Below are positions 24,859 to 34,349 of a stretch of DNA of 52,163 nt, one piece after another. The notes under the pieces are model-generated. The model was not told where the DNA came from. It made no database searches and saw nothing but the letters and a program-made list of their open reading frames with translations. Within the stretch, counting starts at the first letter, position 1; the number at the start of each line of letters is the position of its first letter. The stretch comes from a virus. A program made the translations under genes and the position numbers. Where the stretch lies: the IMG/VR virus record IMGVR_UViG_3300025888_000001; one strand, 5' to 3'.

Positions 24859-26966
24859 AAGAAGTTGAGCTGAAAATTATTACAAATCAGTCAAGTGCTG
24901 TTAATTCTGTTCGTGAACTTGCAACAGAATCTAAAAAACTATATGATAATAATGAAGTGGCGCAAAAAAGGCAAGTGGGTTTAATTGCTGATATCGAGAA
25001 GGAACTTGGCAGGTTACAGACAGCTCAGAAAAACGCAATGACGGTTGAGAATATAACAAAATATAATCAAAAGATTGCGGAAGCAAAACAATCATTAGAC
25101 GAATATAATAAGGCAGGGGTAGCAGTTCAGAAGCAAGGAGATTCAATGATGCAGTCTATTGGGAAATGGGCATTAGGATTTGCATCTGTTGCTACGGCTG
25201 TCAGGCTTTTAAAGGAAGGATTTCAAGCAACAGAAGATGGATTAAGAACATTCAATGTTGTAGGTGCCATTACTAAACAATTAATATATGATTTGGTTTC
25301 AGGTAATGCGGCAAATGTTAGATCAATAGCATTATCTCTTACTGCTAATAAAATGGCCGAGGAAGAAAGAATAAGGCATAGGACTGAAATTGTTGAAATT
25401 GCAAAGGCACAAACTGTTTATAATAAACTTTATTTTGAAGCATCAAACCATCTTTTAACCGACAAGCAGAGAATACAAGTACTCGATCAGGCTATGCTTG
25501 CTCATAATGTATTAGTTGCAAAACAAATAGCACTTGCGCAGGATGAATTGACTGTAATCCAATTTGGGTTAATAGCAAGACCAAAAGAAACAAAATTACT
25601 TGATGCGGAGGCAGCAAAACTAGCAGAATTAGAATCTCTGAGGGGAGAGGAATTTTCTCAGACAAAAAGACTTGAGATGACTAGAACCTCTTTACAGGAA
25701 CAAGAAATTAATAAACGTAAAGAAATACTTAAAAAAGGGTTGGATGAACAGAAAAAACTGCAAGAAGATTATCAGAAAGCGGTAAATGCTTTAATTGATA
25801 AATATAATTCTTTGGGTATTGAATCTTTATCGGGAGTTGATAAGTTAAAGGCTCAGAGAGATTTTGCGATTAATGAAATAGATATATTAAAAACTCATTT
25901 AACCAGCTTTGGACCTATTACAGAAGGTCAACAGAATATGATCCTTAAAATGGTTGATGATGTTCAGGCGGTTTTCATTCGGGGGATGGAGAAAGAGGCA
26001 AAACTCAGTCCTCAGGATAAAGATGCTATTTCAAAGGCTTTACTTTCGAGTGTTCCAACATTAGCAGATCTGAATAAAAAGGGACTTGCGCCGACAAATA
26101 CAGTCATACCATCAAAACCATTATCATCTATCTGGCAGTTAATAGGCATTGATCCTGAAACGGATGATGGGAAAAAAGAGATCGAAGCAATTAAGAAAGT
26201 TTATGATACTACAATTCAGACACTAGATAGTATCTATAAAGCAAAGGTTGAAGATGCAACCAGATTAAGGGAGCTTGCTGATACAAAAGTCTCGGATGCA
26301 GAATCGGCATTAAATACTGAAGTAGAACTTTACAAAGCTGGTTATGCTTCAAATGTTGCAGCAAAGCAAAAAGAATTGGATGATCTCAAAGCTCAAAGAG
26401 ATGTTGCTCAAAGGAATGAAGCAGATGCAGTAAAGAAGCAAAGAGCATTAGATACTGTCACTCAGGTAAGTAGCTTGCTTACCGCTACTGCAAACATTTT
26501 CAAGGGCTTTTCAACTATGCCTATCATAGGACAAATACTTTCTATTGCCGCCATTGCTGCTATGTTCGGAGCGTTTGCAATAGCAAAAACACAGGCGGCT
26601 AATGCAACTAGGTTAGCATCTGGTGGACATGGCGAGGTTGATGGCAGATTACATTCACAAGGCGGAGAAAGATTTCTGGATCATGTTGAAGTTGAGCAGG
26701 GTGAAAAATGGGGTGTGCTTTCACGGGGAGCTTCACGCAAATACGGAAGTACATTTTATAGAATGGTAGACTCATTTAACAGAGATTCTTTGACTATTCC
26801 AAAGCAGGGAGTTATAAATAATATTTTACTCGACACTTCGATGACAAACGAGAGGCTCGATGAACTTATTCAGCTTAATAAAAAGGAAAGGAAAGAAGAA
26901 ATTATAATTATGAACGGGATGACAATTTATAAAAAAGGTTCAACAATAAGAACTATTAAAAGATGA
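24855..26966 (+). CDS. Tape measure protein
   Basis: 703 aa, coiled-coil-like composition, internal hydrophobic segment MPIIGQILSIAAIAAMFGAFAIA. Position after the chaperones. Confidence 0.75.
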   Translation: MKEVELKIITNQSSAVNSVRELATESKKLYDNNEVAQKRQVGLIADIEKELGRLQTAQKNAMTVENITKYNQKIAEAKQSLDEYNKAGVAVQKQGDSMMQSIGKWALGFASVATAVRLLKEGFQATEDGLRTFNVVGAITKQLIYDLVSGNAANVRSIALSLTANKMAEEERIRHRTEIVEIAKAQTVYNKLYFEASNHLLTDKQRIQVLDQAMLAHNVLVAKQIALAQDELTVIQFGLIARPKETKLLDAEAAKLAELESLRGEEFSQTKRLEMTRTSLQEQEINKRKEILKKGLDEQKKLQEDYQKAVNALIDKYNSLGIESLSGVDKLKAQRDFAINEIDILKTHLTSFGPITEGQQNMILKMVDDVQAVFIRGMEKEAKLSPQDKDAISKALLSSVPTLADLNKKGLAPTNTVIPSKPLSSIWQLIGIDPETDDGKKEIEAIKKVYDTTIQTLDSIYKAKVEDATRLRELADTKVSDAESALNTEVELYKAGYASNVAAKQKELDDLKAQRDVAQRNEADAVKKQRALDTVTQVSSLLTATANIFKGFSTMPIIGQILSIAAIAAMFGAFAIAKTQAANATRLASGGHGEVDGRLHSQGGERFLDHVEVEQGEKWGVLSRGASRKYGSTFYRMVDSFNRDSLTIPKQGVINNILLDTSMTNERLDELIQLNKKERKEEIIIMNGMTIYKKGSTIRTIKR

Positions 26967-29200
26967 GTGTAATATTATTTAGCGATTATTTTCTACCATC
27001 AAAGAATGAGTTAAATGCAATATATGTTGAACTTGCAGCTCACAGTGTTGGATCGTTTACTACTGGCATTTATTGGAGTTCAAGTGAAGATGTTGTACTG
27101 TCATCTACTTTTGCGCAGGAACAGGATTTTAGTGATGGATCGCAGGATAATGGCTTAAAAACAAATTTTAATTGTGTTCGTGCTTGCCGTGCATTTACTT
27201 CAATATCTCCATCATATGCAGTAAGGGATGTCGGTCCGGCTGGAGGGCTGATCTTCTATAAGAGTGGTGATAATTACTTAGAGGCAGCCCCAATAGACCA
27301 ATCTATAAGTCAAACATGGAGTAATATAACCGGAGTTCCTGTTACAGGTACAAACTCTACAATAGGTACCGGACAATTAAATACAACACTTATAATAAGT
27401 CAGGCAGGGCATACAGATAGTGCTGCAAAACTTTGTGATGATTTAATTATAACAGTTGGACCCTCAGTTTCTAATTCGTCTTGTCTAACATCAGGTAACG
27501 CATCGACCTTTAGATTTTATTTAACAATAGGTTCATCAGTGGTTGAATGTTATCCTTTGAATTTTCTTGAGACAACACTTAATGATTCATATGACGGTGA
27601 TAATGTTTTTTATAGAAGAGAATTTTCAGGACTTTTAACATTTACAAATCTAAGAGGAGATTATGACCTTATTAAAACTATTCACGAGATTGACCCCGCT
27701 ACTGAAATATTACTTTCTATAAGACGCAATAATATTAATTACTGGAACGGTCAATTTTCTACATCCGATGGTAAGTGGGATTATGATAGATGTATCTTTG
27801 AAGTAACTCCGTTAGTTAACGACGGATATACTGATATTTTAGATAAGGCTGATGACGAATACAATATAATCCCTGCACTCGTTCCGATAACAACGAGAGC
27901 GGTTCAGGGTGTAATAGATCAGGTTTATGAAAGAAATTACTGGTTAATAGATATAATTAATTATTTGGCTAGTCAAATCAAACCTGGGGTCACTGTTTCT
28001 TCTCATTTCTTTACCAATATTACTAACTATGTAACACAAAACACGAACCATCTTACCCTACTAACTTTAGCGCAAAAGTCTGACATAATAAGACCAAACA
28101 GTACAGAACCTTCACGATACGCGATGTTAAGTTGGAATAAGTTAATGGATATTCTTTGGGGAATATTCGAGGTCCAGTGGAGGTATAATTCTGATGATAC
28201 AATTGATATAGAACATAAAAGCTGGTTTAGTTCATCCGCGGGGATGGATCTCCGGATTCAGGTAATTTGCAAGGCTACAAATAAATTTTCCTATGTAAAA
28301 GAAATGATGCCTAAGTATGAAAGCTCTCATTTCATGGAGGCTTTTAATGATAATTTCTTTGGTTTGCCTATTTGGTATGATTCGAAAATTGTCAACCAGG
28401 ACCCCAAGGCTAACAAAAAAGAAACCAGTATTAGTGTAACAACAGACTTGGAATATATTATAAATCATCCTGAAAAAATATCTGATGAAGGTTTCGTGAT
28501 GCTTTGTAATTACGAATACTCGCCGGCAGTTTACAGGGTAAGACTTGAGCTTGGTGCCTTGCATCCTGATGTAAGACTTAATATGAATCTGTCATGGGCT
28601 AATCTTTACCGAAGTTATTTTATGTTCGGAAGGATTCTTCTCGAAGGCTATATGAACGGGGCACTTACTACATTCTGGTCGGCATTAAAAACTATAAAAC
28701 AAGAATGCTTTGCTATAATTTGCGCAGCGGATAATTACGATCCAAGTAATTATATAACTACGGAACTAGGTGAAACATATTTTTCAGGAGCAAAGGCAAA
28801 GGTTGAGCAATCATCCTTAAAACCTAGTGGAGAAATCAAGTTATCACTTCTTTATGGTCCGCCAGATAACGTGCCTTCTCAAATAACAGATGAAAAATGG
28901 ATACTTATCTTTGAAGATGGATGTGGTCAATTCTCTGCTATCCTTAGTGAGGGTGCTGATGCTGAATTAACCATTAATATTAAGCATGTAATTTTTGAGA
29001 CCGGTGGACTTGTTACACATTGTGCTGACTCAATTGGACAGGACTGGGTTATTCATTTAGGAGAGACAACCAGTACGTTTAACCTGGATCTTTGTGATGC
29101 TATTCCTGCAGGAGGATGTATATATTATAATTCCACTACATATGATTTTATCAACTGGCCAGTTAGTTGGATACTGGATAATACCTGTAAATGCCCATGA
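26963..29200 (+). CDS. Distal tail / baseplate protein with an N-terminal DUF1566 (Lcl C-terminal)-like module
   Basis: FLPSKNELNAIY...IYWSSSE and GPAGGLIFY...GTGQLNTTLI...AAKLCDDL are typical DUF1566 signatures. Confidence 0.5.
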   Translation: MSVILFSDYFLPSKNELNAIYVELAAHSVGSFTTGIYWSSSEDVVLSSTFAQEQDFSDGSQDNGLKTNFNCVRACRAFTSISPSYAVRDVGPAGGLIFYKSGDNYLEAAPIDQSISQTWSNITGVPVTGTNSTIGTGQLNTTLIISQAGHTDSAAKLCDDLIITVGPSVSNSSCLTSGNASTFRFYLTIGSSVVECYPLNFLETTLNDSYDGDNVFYRREFSGLLTFTNLRGDYDLIKTIHEIDPATEILLSIRRNNINYWNGQFSTSDGKWDYDRCIFEVTPLVNDGYTDILDKADDEYNIIPALVPITTRAVQGVIDQVYERNYWLIDIINYLASQIKPGVTVSSHFFTNITNYVTQNTNHLTLLTLAQKSDIIRPNSTEPSRYAMLSWNKLMDILWGIFEVQWRYNSDDTIDIEHKSWFSSSAGMDLRIQVICKATNKFSYVKEMMPKYESSHFMEAFNDNFFGLPIWYDSKIVNQDPKANKKETSISVTTDLEYIINHPEKISDEGFVMLCNYEYSPAVYRVRLELGALHPDVRLNMNLSWANLYRSYFMFGRILLEGYMNGALTTFWSALKTIKQECFAIICAADNYDPSNYITTELGETYFSGAKAKVEQSSLKPSGEIKLSLLYGPPDNVPSQITDEKWILIFEDGCGQFSAILSEGADAELTINIKHVIFETGGLVTHCADSIGQDWVIHLGETTSTFNLDLCDAIPAGGCIYYNSTTYDFINWPVSWILDNTCKCP

Positions 29201-30447
29201 AAACAATAGTTACTACACTTCCAATATATGACAGGTTTGCAAAACAGTGTTATGAAAGAGCAAAACATTCCGGTAATGGTATAATACCAATTATTTGTCC
29301 GCGCCATAGACTCCCTTCATTTCAATGGAAAGACGACGGTGATGGTGCTACGTCGGTTGTTTCTGTTGAATTAATGAATAGCATTGCCGGCGCTCCTGAA
29401 ACGTTATTTTCGTCCTGGGCAACTCACTTATTTGATACAAGTTATCTTAGCAATGGTATATTCTTTCATGGTGTTAATGTTGGAATCGGTACATGGGGGG
29501 TTGTAAGTACACCGTTTTATGTCAATGCAGGTGATGAAATAAGGATCTATGGCTTTCAAGCAGGCGCCGTTAGTGGTTATCCTTATGCTTATTTGGATAG
29601 TGATCCTCATGATCTTGCTGCGAAAACAGGGGGCGTTTCAATACCTAATGGTATTATCGATGTAGTTTTATCAGCTATTAACAGCGGAACGACTCAATTA
29701 ACAATAGCAGGAATTGGCCCAATAGATACTACACTTACAACAGTAACAATTACAAAGATACAGGGTGCGCAAAACATAACAACATATTTTAATATTTTAC
29801 CAGTAATTTCAAATGGTTATTTTCAATATAACGGGGAGACATTAAATACACTTCTTACTGATGGTGTTTATTACTTGAGAATCATAACAGATAATGGCAA
29901 GGTATATTACTCAGAATATTTCCAGGTAACTTGTGTATTTGGATTTGATACCGGACTACCGCCACGTTTAGACTATTCACAAAAGTATTTGATATTTGAT
30001 TTTTTTAATTCCTGTAATCTGGGAGATATAAACTATATCGATAGTTTTCTTCAAACTCTTTATTTAGAGTCAGAGACAATGGAATCTACGTTCACAACCG
30101 AAGAAGAAGGTCAGAAAAACGGAGAAGGTCAATTTGTAAGAACATTTGCCAGGCAGACAAAAAAATACTCTATACGAACAATGGCACTACCGGATTATAT
30201 GGTTGATGTTTTTAATCGCATGAAACTACACGATAATGTTCAATTAACAGATTTAGTTGGTGATGTTCATAACGTTTATAATCTTGAAGTTGATCATGAG
30301 TGGCTCTTTGATGATAAGCATTATGCTAAAATTGATTTGACATTTGATTATGACGAAACTGTGATTATTGCTGCATGTTGTGAGAATGTGATCCAGCCCT
30401 CATCAACAACAATTGATAGTGGCAATGTGACAATAGATCAAAAATAA
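29191..30447 (+). CDS. Hypothetical tail/baseplate protein (418 aa)
   Basis: Assigned by position in the tail module. Confidence 0.4.
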   Translation: MPMKTIVTTLPIYDRFAKQCYERAKHSGNGIIPIICPRHRLPSFQWKDDGDGATSVVSVELMNSIAGAPETLFSSWATHLFDTSYLSNGIFFHGVNVGIGTWGVVSTPFYVNAGDEIRIYGFQAGAVSGYPYAYLDSDPHDLAAKTGGVSIPNGIIDVVLSAINSGTTQLTIAGIGPIDTTLTTVTITKIQGAQNITTYFNILPVISNGYFQYNGETLNTLLTDGVYYLRIITDNGKVYYSEYFQVTCVFGFDTGLPPRLDYSQKYLIFDFFNSCNLGDINYIDSFLQTLYLESETMESTFTTEEEGQKNGEGQFVRTFARQTKKYSIRTMALPDYMVDVFNRMKLHDNVQLTDLVGDVHNVYNLEVDHEWLFDDKHYAKIDLTFDYDETVIIAACCENVIQPSSTTIDSGNVTIDQK

Positions 30448-30497
30448 CTTACTAACATAAAATTTATTAAACAGAGATATAGAGTAATTAAATTTGT
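30448..30497 (+). repeat. Conserved intergenic element, copy B
   Basis: Same 23-mer, 16-nt spacer length and 11-mer as 17528..17577. Also begins right after a stop codon. Confidence 0.8.
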
Positions 30498-30519
30498 ATT
30501 AACTTAAAAAAGAGAAAAA

Positions 30520-31077
30520 ATGTCGGTATTAATTTTAAATCCATGCCCTACAGATTGTAATGGGTCATTAGGAGAAGTAAGTTTCAGTGATTGCGCCGGT
30601 GAATTTCACTATGGTGAAATCTCTAAACTTTATGTAGCGAAGGCAACGGCTGCGGATTTTACAAATCCCGATCTTATTGCAGAGTGGACTACGAGGTTAT
30701 CAGATACCACCAATGGAGCTGATGATATTCGTACTTTGATAGGTATTGGCGAGGTAACTGCACCTGACATGCCAGAGATCGCTGTTTCAGGTGACAGGAC
30801 AATAACCGGTCCAAAGACTTATACAATGAATTTCGAAGTTGATGAAACAAACGACATTAACTATGCTCTGATGCTCGAAACTCAATGTAATCTTAAATAT
30901 AAGGTATGGGCCGAGATGTCAGACGGGATGCTTTACGGCGGAAAGACAGGTATTGAGCTTACCTTAAAAGGCAATCAACCGCTTTTAAAAGGGCGTACTG
31001 ATGTACTGAAGATCAATTTCACTGGAAAGTGGAAATCACAGAATGATCCTTTAAGGAATTTATCACCAATGTTTTAA
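30520..31077 (+). CDS. Hypothetical structural protein (185 aa)
   Basis: ORF following repeat copy B. Cys-rich N-terminus NPCPTDCNGS...SDC. Confidence 0.4.
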   Translation: MSVLILNPCPTDCNGSLGEVSFSDCAGEFHYGEISKLYVAKATAADFTNPDLIAEWTTRLSDTTNGADDIRTLIGIGEVTAPDMPEIAVSGDRTITGPKTYTMNFEVDETNDINYALMLETQCNLKYKVWAEMSDGMLYGGKTGIELTLKGNQPLLKGRTDVLKINFTGKWKSQNDPLRNLSPMF

Positions 31078-31095
31078 ATTTAAAATTATAATAAA

Positions 31096-31326
31096 ATGGC
31101 AGATTGTGGAGTAATGCCTGCAACCCTCTTAGAGGCTCTTTTAAGTGCAGGACGAGTAAATGTCGCTGGGGTAAAATATCTTAACCTCATAGCTGTTGTT
31201 GGTGGAGACGATGATCCATCTGTTGTATGTGGAGATAATGTCTCTGATCCTGAGGCATCAATAGTGGCTGATTTTTTTGATGTTGACGCTAACGGTCATC
31301 TTGGTTTAAAAGTTAAAACTATCTAA
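31096..31326 (+). CDS. Hypothetical protein
   Basis: 76-aa acidic ORF. Confidence 0.4.
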   Translation: MADCGVMPATLLEALLSAGRVNVAGVKYLNLIAVVGGDDDPSVVCGDNVSDPEASIVADFFDVDANGHLGLKVKTI

Positions 31327-31670
31327 TGTCTTACGGATGTGGTGATATGGTTCCTACTCCGCTCAGCTTGGTAGGACCAGGAGGCGGGTCACTCCCCTTT
31401 TTTATAGAGGGGTCTGATCCTGTTTTAGGAGGGACAGGTAATCAGGTTATTAACATGACTACCCATGTGGGGGATTATGTATTTCCAACTGGTGGAATCT
31501 TTTTGATTTGCATTGAGACTGATGCGCCTATTAAAGTTCAGCTTGCCGATGGTACAAATTTTACTATCACTCAGGCACAAGCAACTGCTAATTTAGGTTT
31601 CTTCCTACCATATAAGTTGCTAAAAATTTATAAAACCGGGACAACAGGAACTTTTTCAGTTGGTGTATAG
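31326..31670 (+). CDS. Hypothetical protein
   Basis: 114-aa ORF with a TAATG overlap. Confidence 0.4.
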   Translation: MSYGCGDMVPTPLSLVGPGGGSLPFFIEGSDPVLGGTGNQVINMTTHVGDYVFPTGGIFLICIETDAPIKVQLADGTNFTITQAQATANLGFFLPYKLLKIYKTGTTGTFSVGV

Positions 31671-31704
31671 GGTGTGAAAGCACCCTTTAATTTTTATACT
31701 TAAT

Positions 31705-32109
31705 ATGAAAAAACTAATCTTCTTACTTTTAATAATTGGACTTTCGGCCTGTTCAACTCAGAAACAGTTGACCCGAAGTCTTCCGCATCCCTATACAGGG
31801 ACTAGTGTCAATTCCGGAACGGGTGACCCTCTCAGAACCGCATTCGAGAAGGTCAATGTTTACCTATCATTATTAGATAATCTTCCATTGGAAAACTTAT
31901 TAGCGACTGCAATTGAGTTGAATCTACTTCACGGTGTGGCAAATCAGAAAGACATCAGGACAATTGTAACAATGACCTACACTGCTGCAGGAGATACTTC
32001 TAATTACCCTGCTCCTGCCAAGTTTGGAGATTTCTATTTCGATAGTTCGGCTAATAAACTCTATTTCGCTAAAACTGCCGTCCGTGGTGGATGGATAAAA
32101 CTCAACTAA
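31705..32109 (+). CDS. Lipobox-bearing protein with a tail-fibre N-terminal motif
   Basis: MKKLIFLLLIIGLSAC, then GTGDPLRTAFEKVNVYLSLL, which resembles the GD.LR.AF.KiN.N...L motif common at fibre/baseplate N-termini. Confidence 0.5.
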   Translation: MKKLIFLLLIIGLSACSTQKQLTRSLPHPYTGTSVNSGTGDPLRTAFEKVNVYLSLLDNLPLENLLATAIELNLLHGVANQKDIRTIVTMTYTAAGDTSNYPAPAKFGDFYFDSSANKLYFAKTAVRGGWIKLN

Positions 32110-32110
32110 A

Positions 32111-34339
32111 ATGAAAAAACTACTCATTTTTCTATTTCTTATAATAAGTCTAACAGCTCAGGCGACAAATTACTATATTGCCACAGCAGCAAATGGAGGA
32201 AGTAATAGTAATTCGGGAATACTATCAGCCCCGTGGCTCACATTAAGCTATGCATGCGCTCATACTTCCTCTAGTGACATAATTCACGTTGGTGTGGGTA
32301 CGTTTACAGAAACATCACAATGCATCCTTCCCTTGGGTGTTTCCATTGAAGGAGCAGGTATCACTTCGATTATCAGTACAACTTATGTCTCTGGCAGTAA
32401 TTTTGCTATTGAGATGTACAGTGCATCCGAAGGAACAAATGGCAATCAACATATCTCTAATATTAAAATGGATGGTAATAGTTATACTGCCTATGGTGCT
32501 ATTGCTGTACAATGTCGTAAAAATGTTGAGATATATAACTGCACATTTATTAATTTCAGCCATTACGGCGTGAGATTTAATGGTTCTTATTCTGAGCCTC
32601 CTGCGACAACCTTCGCAACTGGGAATAAATTCCATGATAATACAGTTACTAACTGCGGATTCTGTACAGGCGGCGCCGGCGGTACGAGTTATTATTCTTT
32701 ATTTCTAAATGGTCAGGATGGTATCTTAATCTATAACAACACGATAACAATTGCGCGCTCGGATGATGCTAATGGGGTTTGTATCGGTGGGATTGAAGGC
32801 TATAATAAGAATATGAAAATCCACGACAATACACTTCATAAGACTTACGTATTAGGCACTACAGCTTGGGATTTTGCTATTGAGCATTGGGATTATATTG
32901 GTGGAAACGAAATCTACAATAATGATATTTGGGGATCGGTTGATGTTGGTGGTTATGCAAATACTAAAGGATCATCTACTTACTCAGTTTGGATTCATGA
33001 TAATACTATTGGCAGGCCTGCGATAACTGATGATGAAAATTCTTATGGCATTTTAATTGAAGAAACAACTGAAGATGTTATCATTGAAAGAAATCACATA
33101 ACTAATTGTGCCATCCCTATTTATTTCACACAATATTGCTCACCTACAGAATACGCTGCGGGACATACCCATAATGTTGAAAATATCTTTATCAGGTATA
33201 ACATAATTGATAACGTAGGTATTGGATCAGGCGGTTCAAATAAAGGGTGGGGTATGTTTTGGGAGGGGACATCGTACAATGTGAACACTATCAGTAATAT
33301 TTTTATTGATAATAATGTTTTTTCAGGTTACGTCGGGGGCGCGCCAACCTGCTGGGGAATAAGTATGCCTAATATTGGAAGCGCCTCGAGTATCTATGTG
33401 CGAAATAATATTATCATTGGCTTTGGCCTTGCACCGATGTGGACCTATCAAAACGATACTCCGGGAGCCTCAATAACAACCGCATTTGTACAGAACAATA
33501 TATTTTATGGTAATGGTAATAGCAATGCACCGGTTTATTCAAGTTTAACGCCTTCCAGTTTAACAACTGCAAGTAGTTTAACATCTAATCCTTTATTTGT
33601 TTCTACCTCTGATTATCATTTACAGGCTGGAAGTCCTGCTATTAATGCGGGTATTTACGCAGGATATACAACCGATTATGCAAGGGCAGTTGTAAACAAC
33701 CCCCCTGAGAGAGGAGTTTACGAATATGGTTCTACCGGTACGGTACCAATGACTGCTTTTACTTTAAGTAGTGCTGGCAGTGCTACAATAATTTCAACGT
33801 ATCACGGGACACTTCAGTTTTACACATCCGCAATAACACCTTCAAATACTACTGATCAGACATTTACATGGTCCGTTACCAATGGTACAGGATCAGGAAC
33901 CATAACATCAGGGGGTCTATTATCAGCTGTAACGAATGGAACGGTAACAGTACGTGCGGTTGCACACGATGGATCGGGTATTTATAGAGATTTAATCATA
34001 ACACTATCTAATCAAGCTGTCTCCGGCTATCCGGTAGTTATTACAACAATTCTGGCAGATGTAACACCCATATCAGCGACCCTGGGAGGTAATGTAACGT
34101 TAGATGGAGGTCTGACAGTGACTAATAGGGGACTCTGTTACGGTGCTTCTGCTAACCCCACAACGTCAAATAGTGTTATCCAGGTCGGAACAGGCACGGG
34201 AGTTTTTGTTGCAACGATAACCGGATTAACAAAAGACACTCCTTATCATGTTCGTGCTTTTGCAACAAATAGCACAGGTACGAGTTACGGAGCGGATATT
34301 GTTGTTACCACGCGTGCGAAATATATAGTAACTTATTAA
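32111..34339 (+). CDS. Signal-peptide-bearing right-handed beta-helix protein (pectate-lyase fold, putative depolymerase) with Big_2-like and Fn3-like C-terminal domains
   Basis: MKKLLIFLFLIISLTAQA; YYIATAANGG..N.G....PW.TL..A; repeated N.I..N/HDNT turns; FTWSVTNGTGSGTITSGGLLSAVTNGTVTVRA; ...NRGLCYG...NPT...YHVRAFATNSTGTSYG. Confidence 0.6.
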   Translation: MKKLLIFLFLIISLTAQATNYYIATAANGGSNSNSGILSAPWLTLSYACAHTSSSDIIHVGVGTFTETSQCILPLGVSIEGAGITSIISTTYVSGSNFAIEMYSASEGTNGNQHISNIKMDGNSYTAYGAIAVQCRKNVEIYNCTFINFSHYGVRFNGSYSEPPATTFATGNKFHDNTVTNCGFCTGGAGGTSYYSLFLNGQDGILIYNNTITIARSDDANGVCIGGIEGYNKNMKIHDNTLHKTYVLGTTAWDFAIEHWDYIGGNEIYNNDIWGSVDVGGYANTKGSSTYSVWIHDNTIGRPAITDDENSYGILIEETTEDVIIERNHITNCAIPIYFTQYCSPTEYAAGHTHNVENIFIRYNIIDNVGIGSGGSNKGWGMFWEGTSYNVNTISNIFIDNNVFSGYVGGAPTCWGISMPNIGSASSIYVRNNIIIGFGLAPMWTYQNDTPGASITTAFVQNNIFYGNGNSNAPVYSSLTPSSLTTASSLTSNPLFVSTSDYHLQAGSPAINAGIYAGYTTDYARAVVNNPPERGVYEYGSTGTVPMTAFTLSSAGSATIISTYHGTLQFYTSAITPSNTTDQTFTWSVTNGTGSGTITSGGLLSAVTNGTVTVRAVAHDGSGIYRDLIITLSNQAVSGYPVVITTILADVTPISATLGGNVTLDGGLTVTNRGLCYGASANPTTSNSVIQVGTGTGVFVATITGLTKDTPYHVRAFATNSTGTSYGADIVVTTRAKYIVTY

Positions 34340-34349
34340 AATTAAGGAT

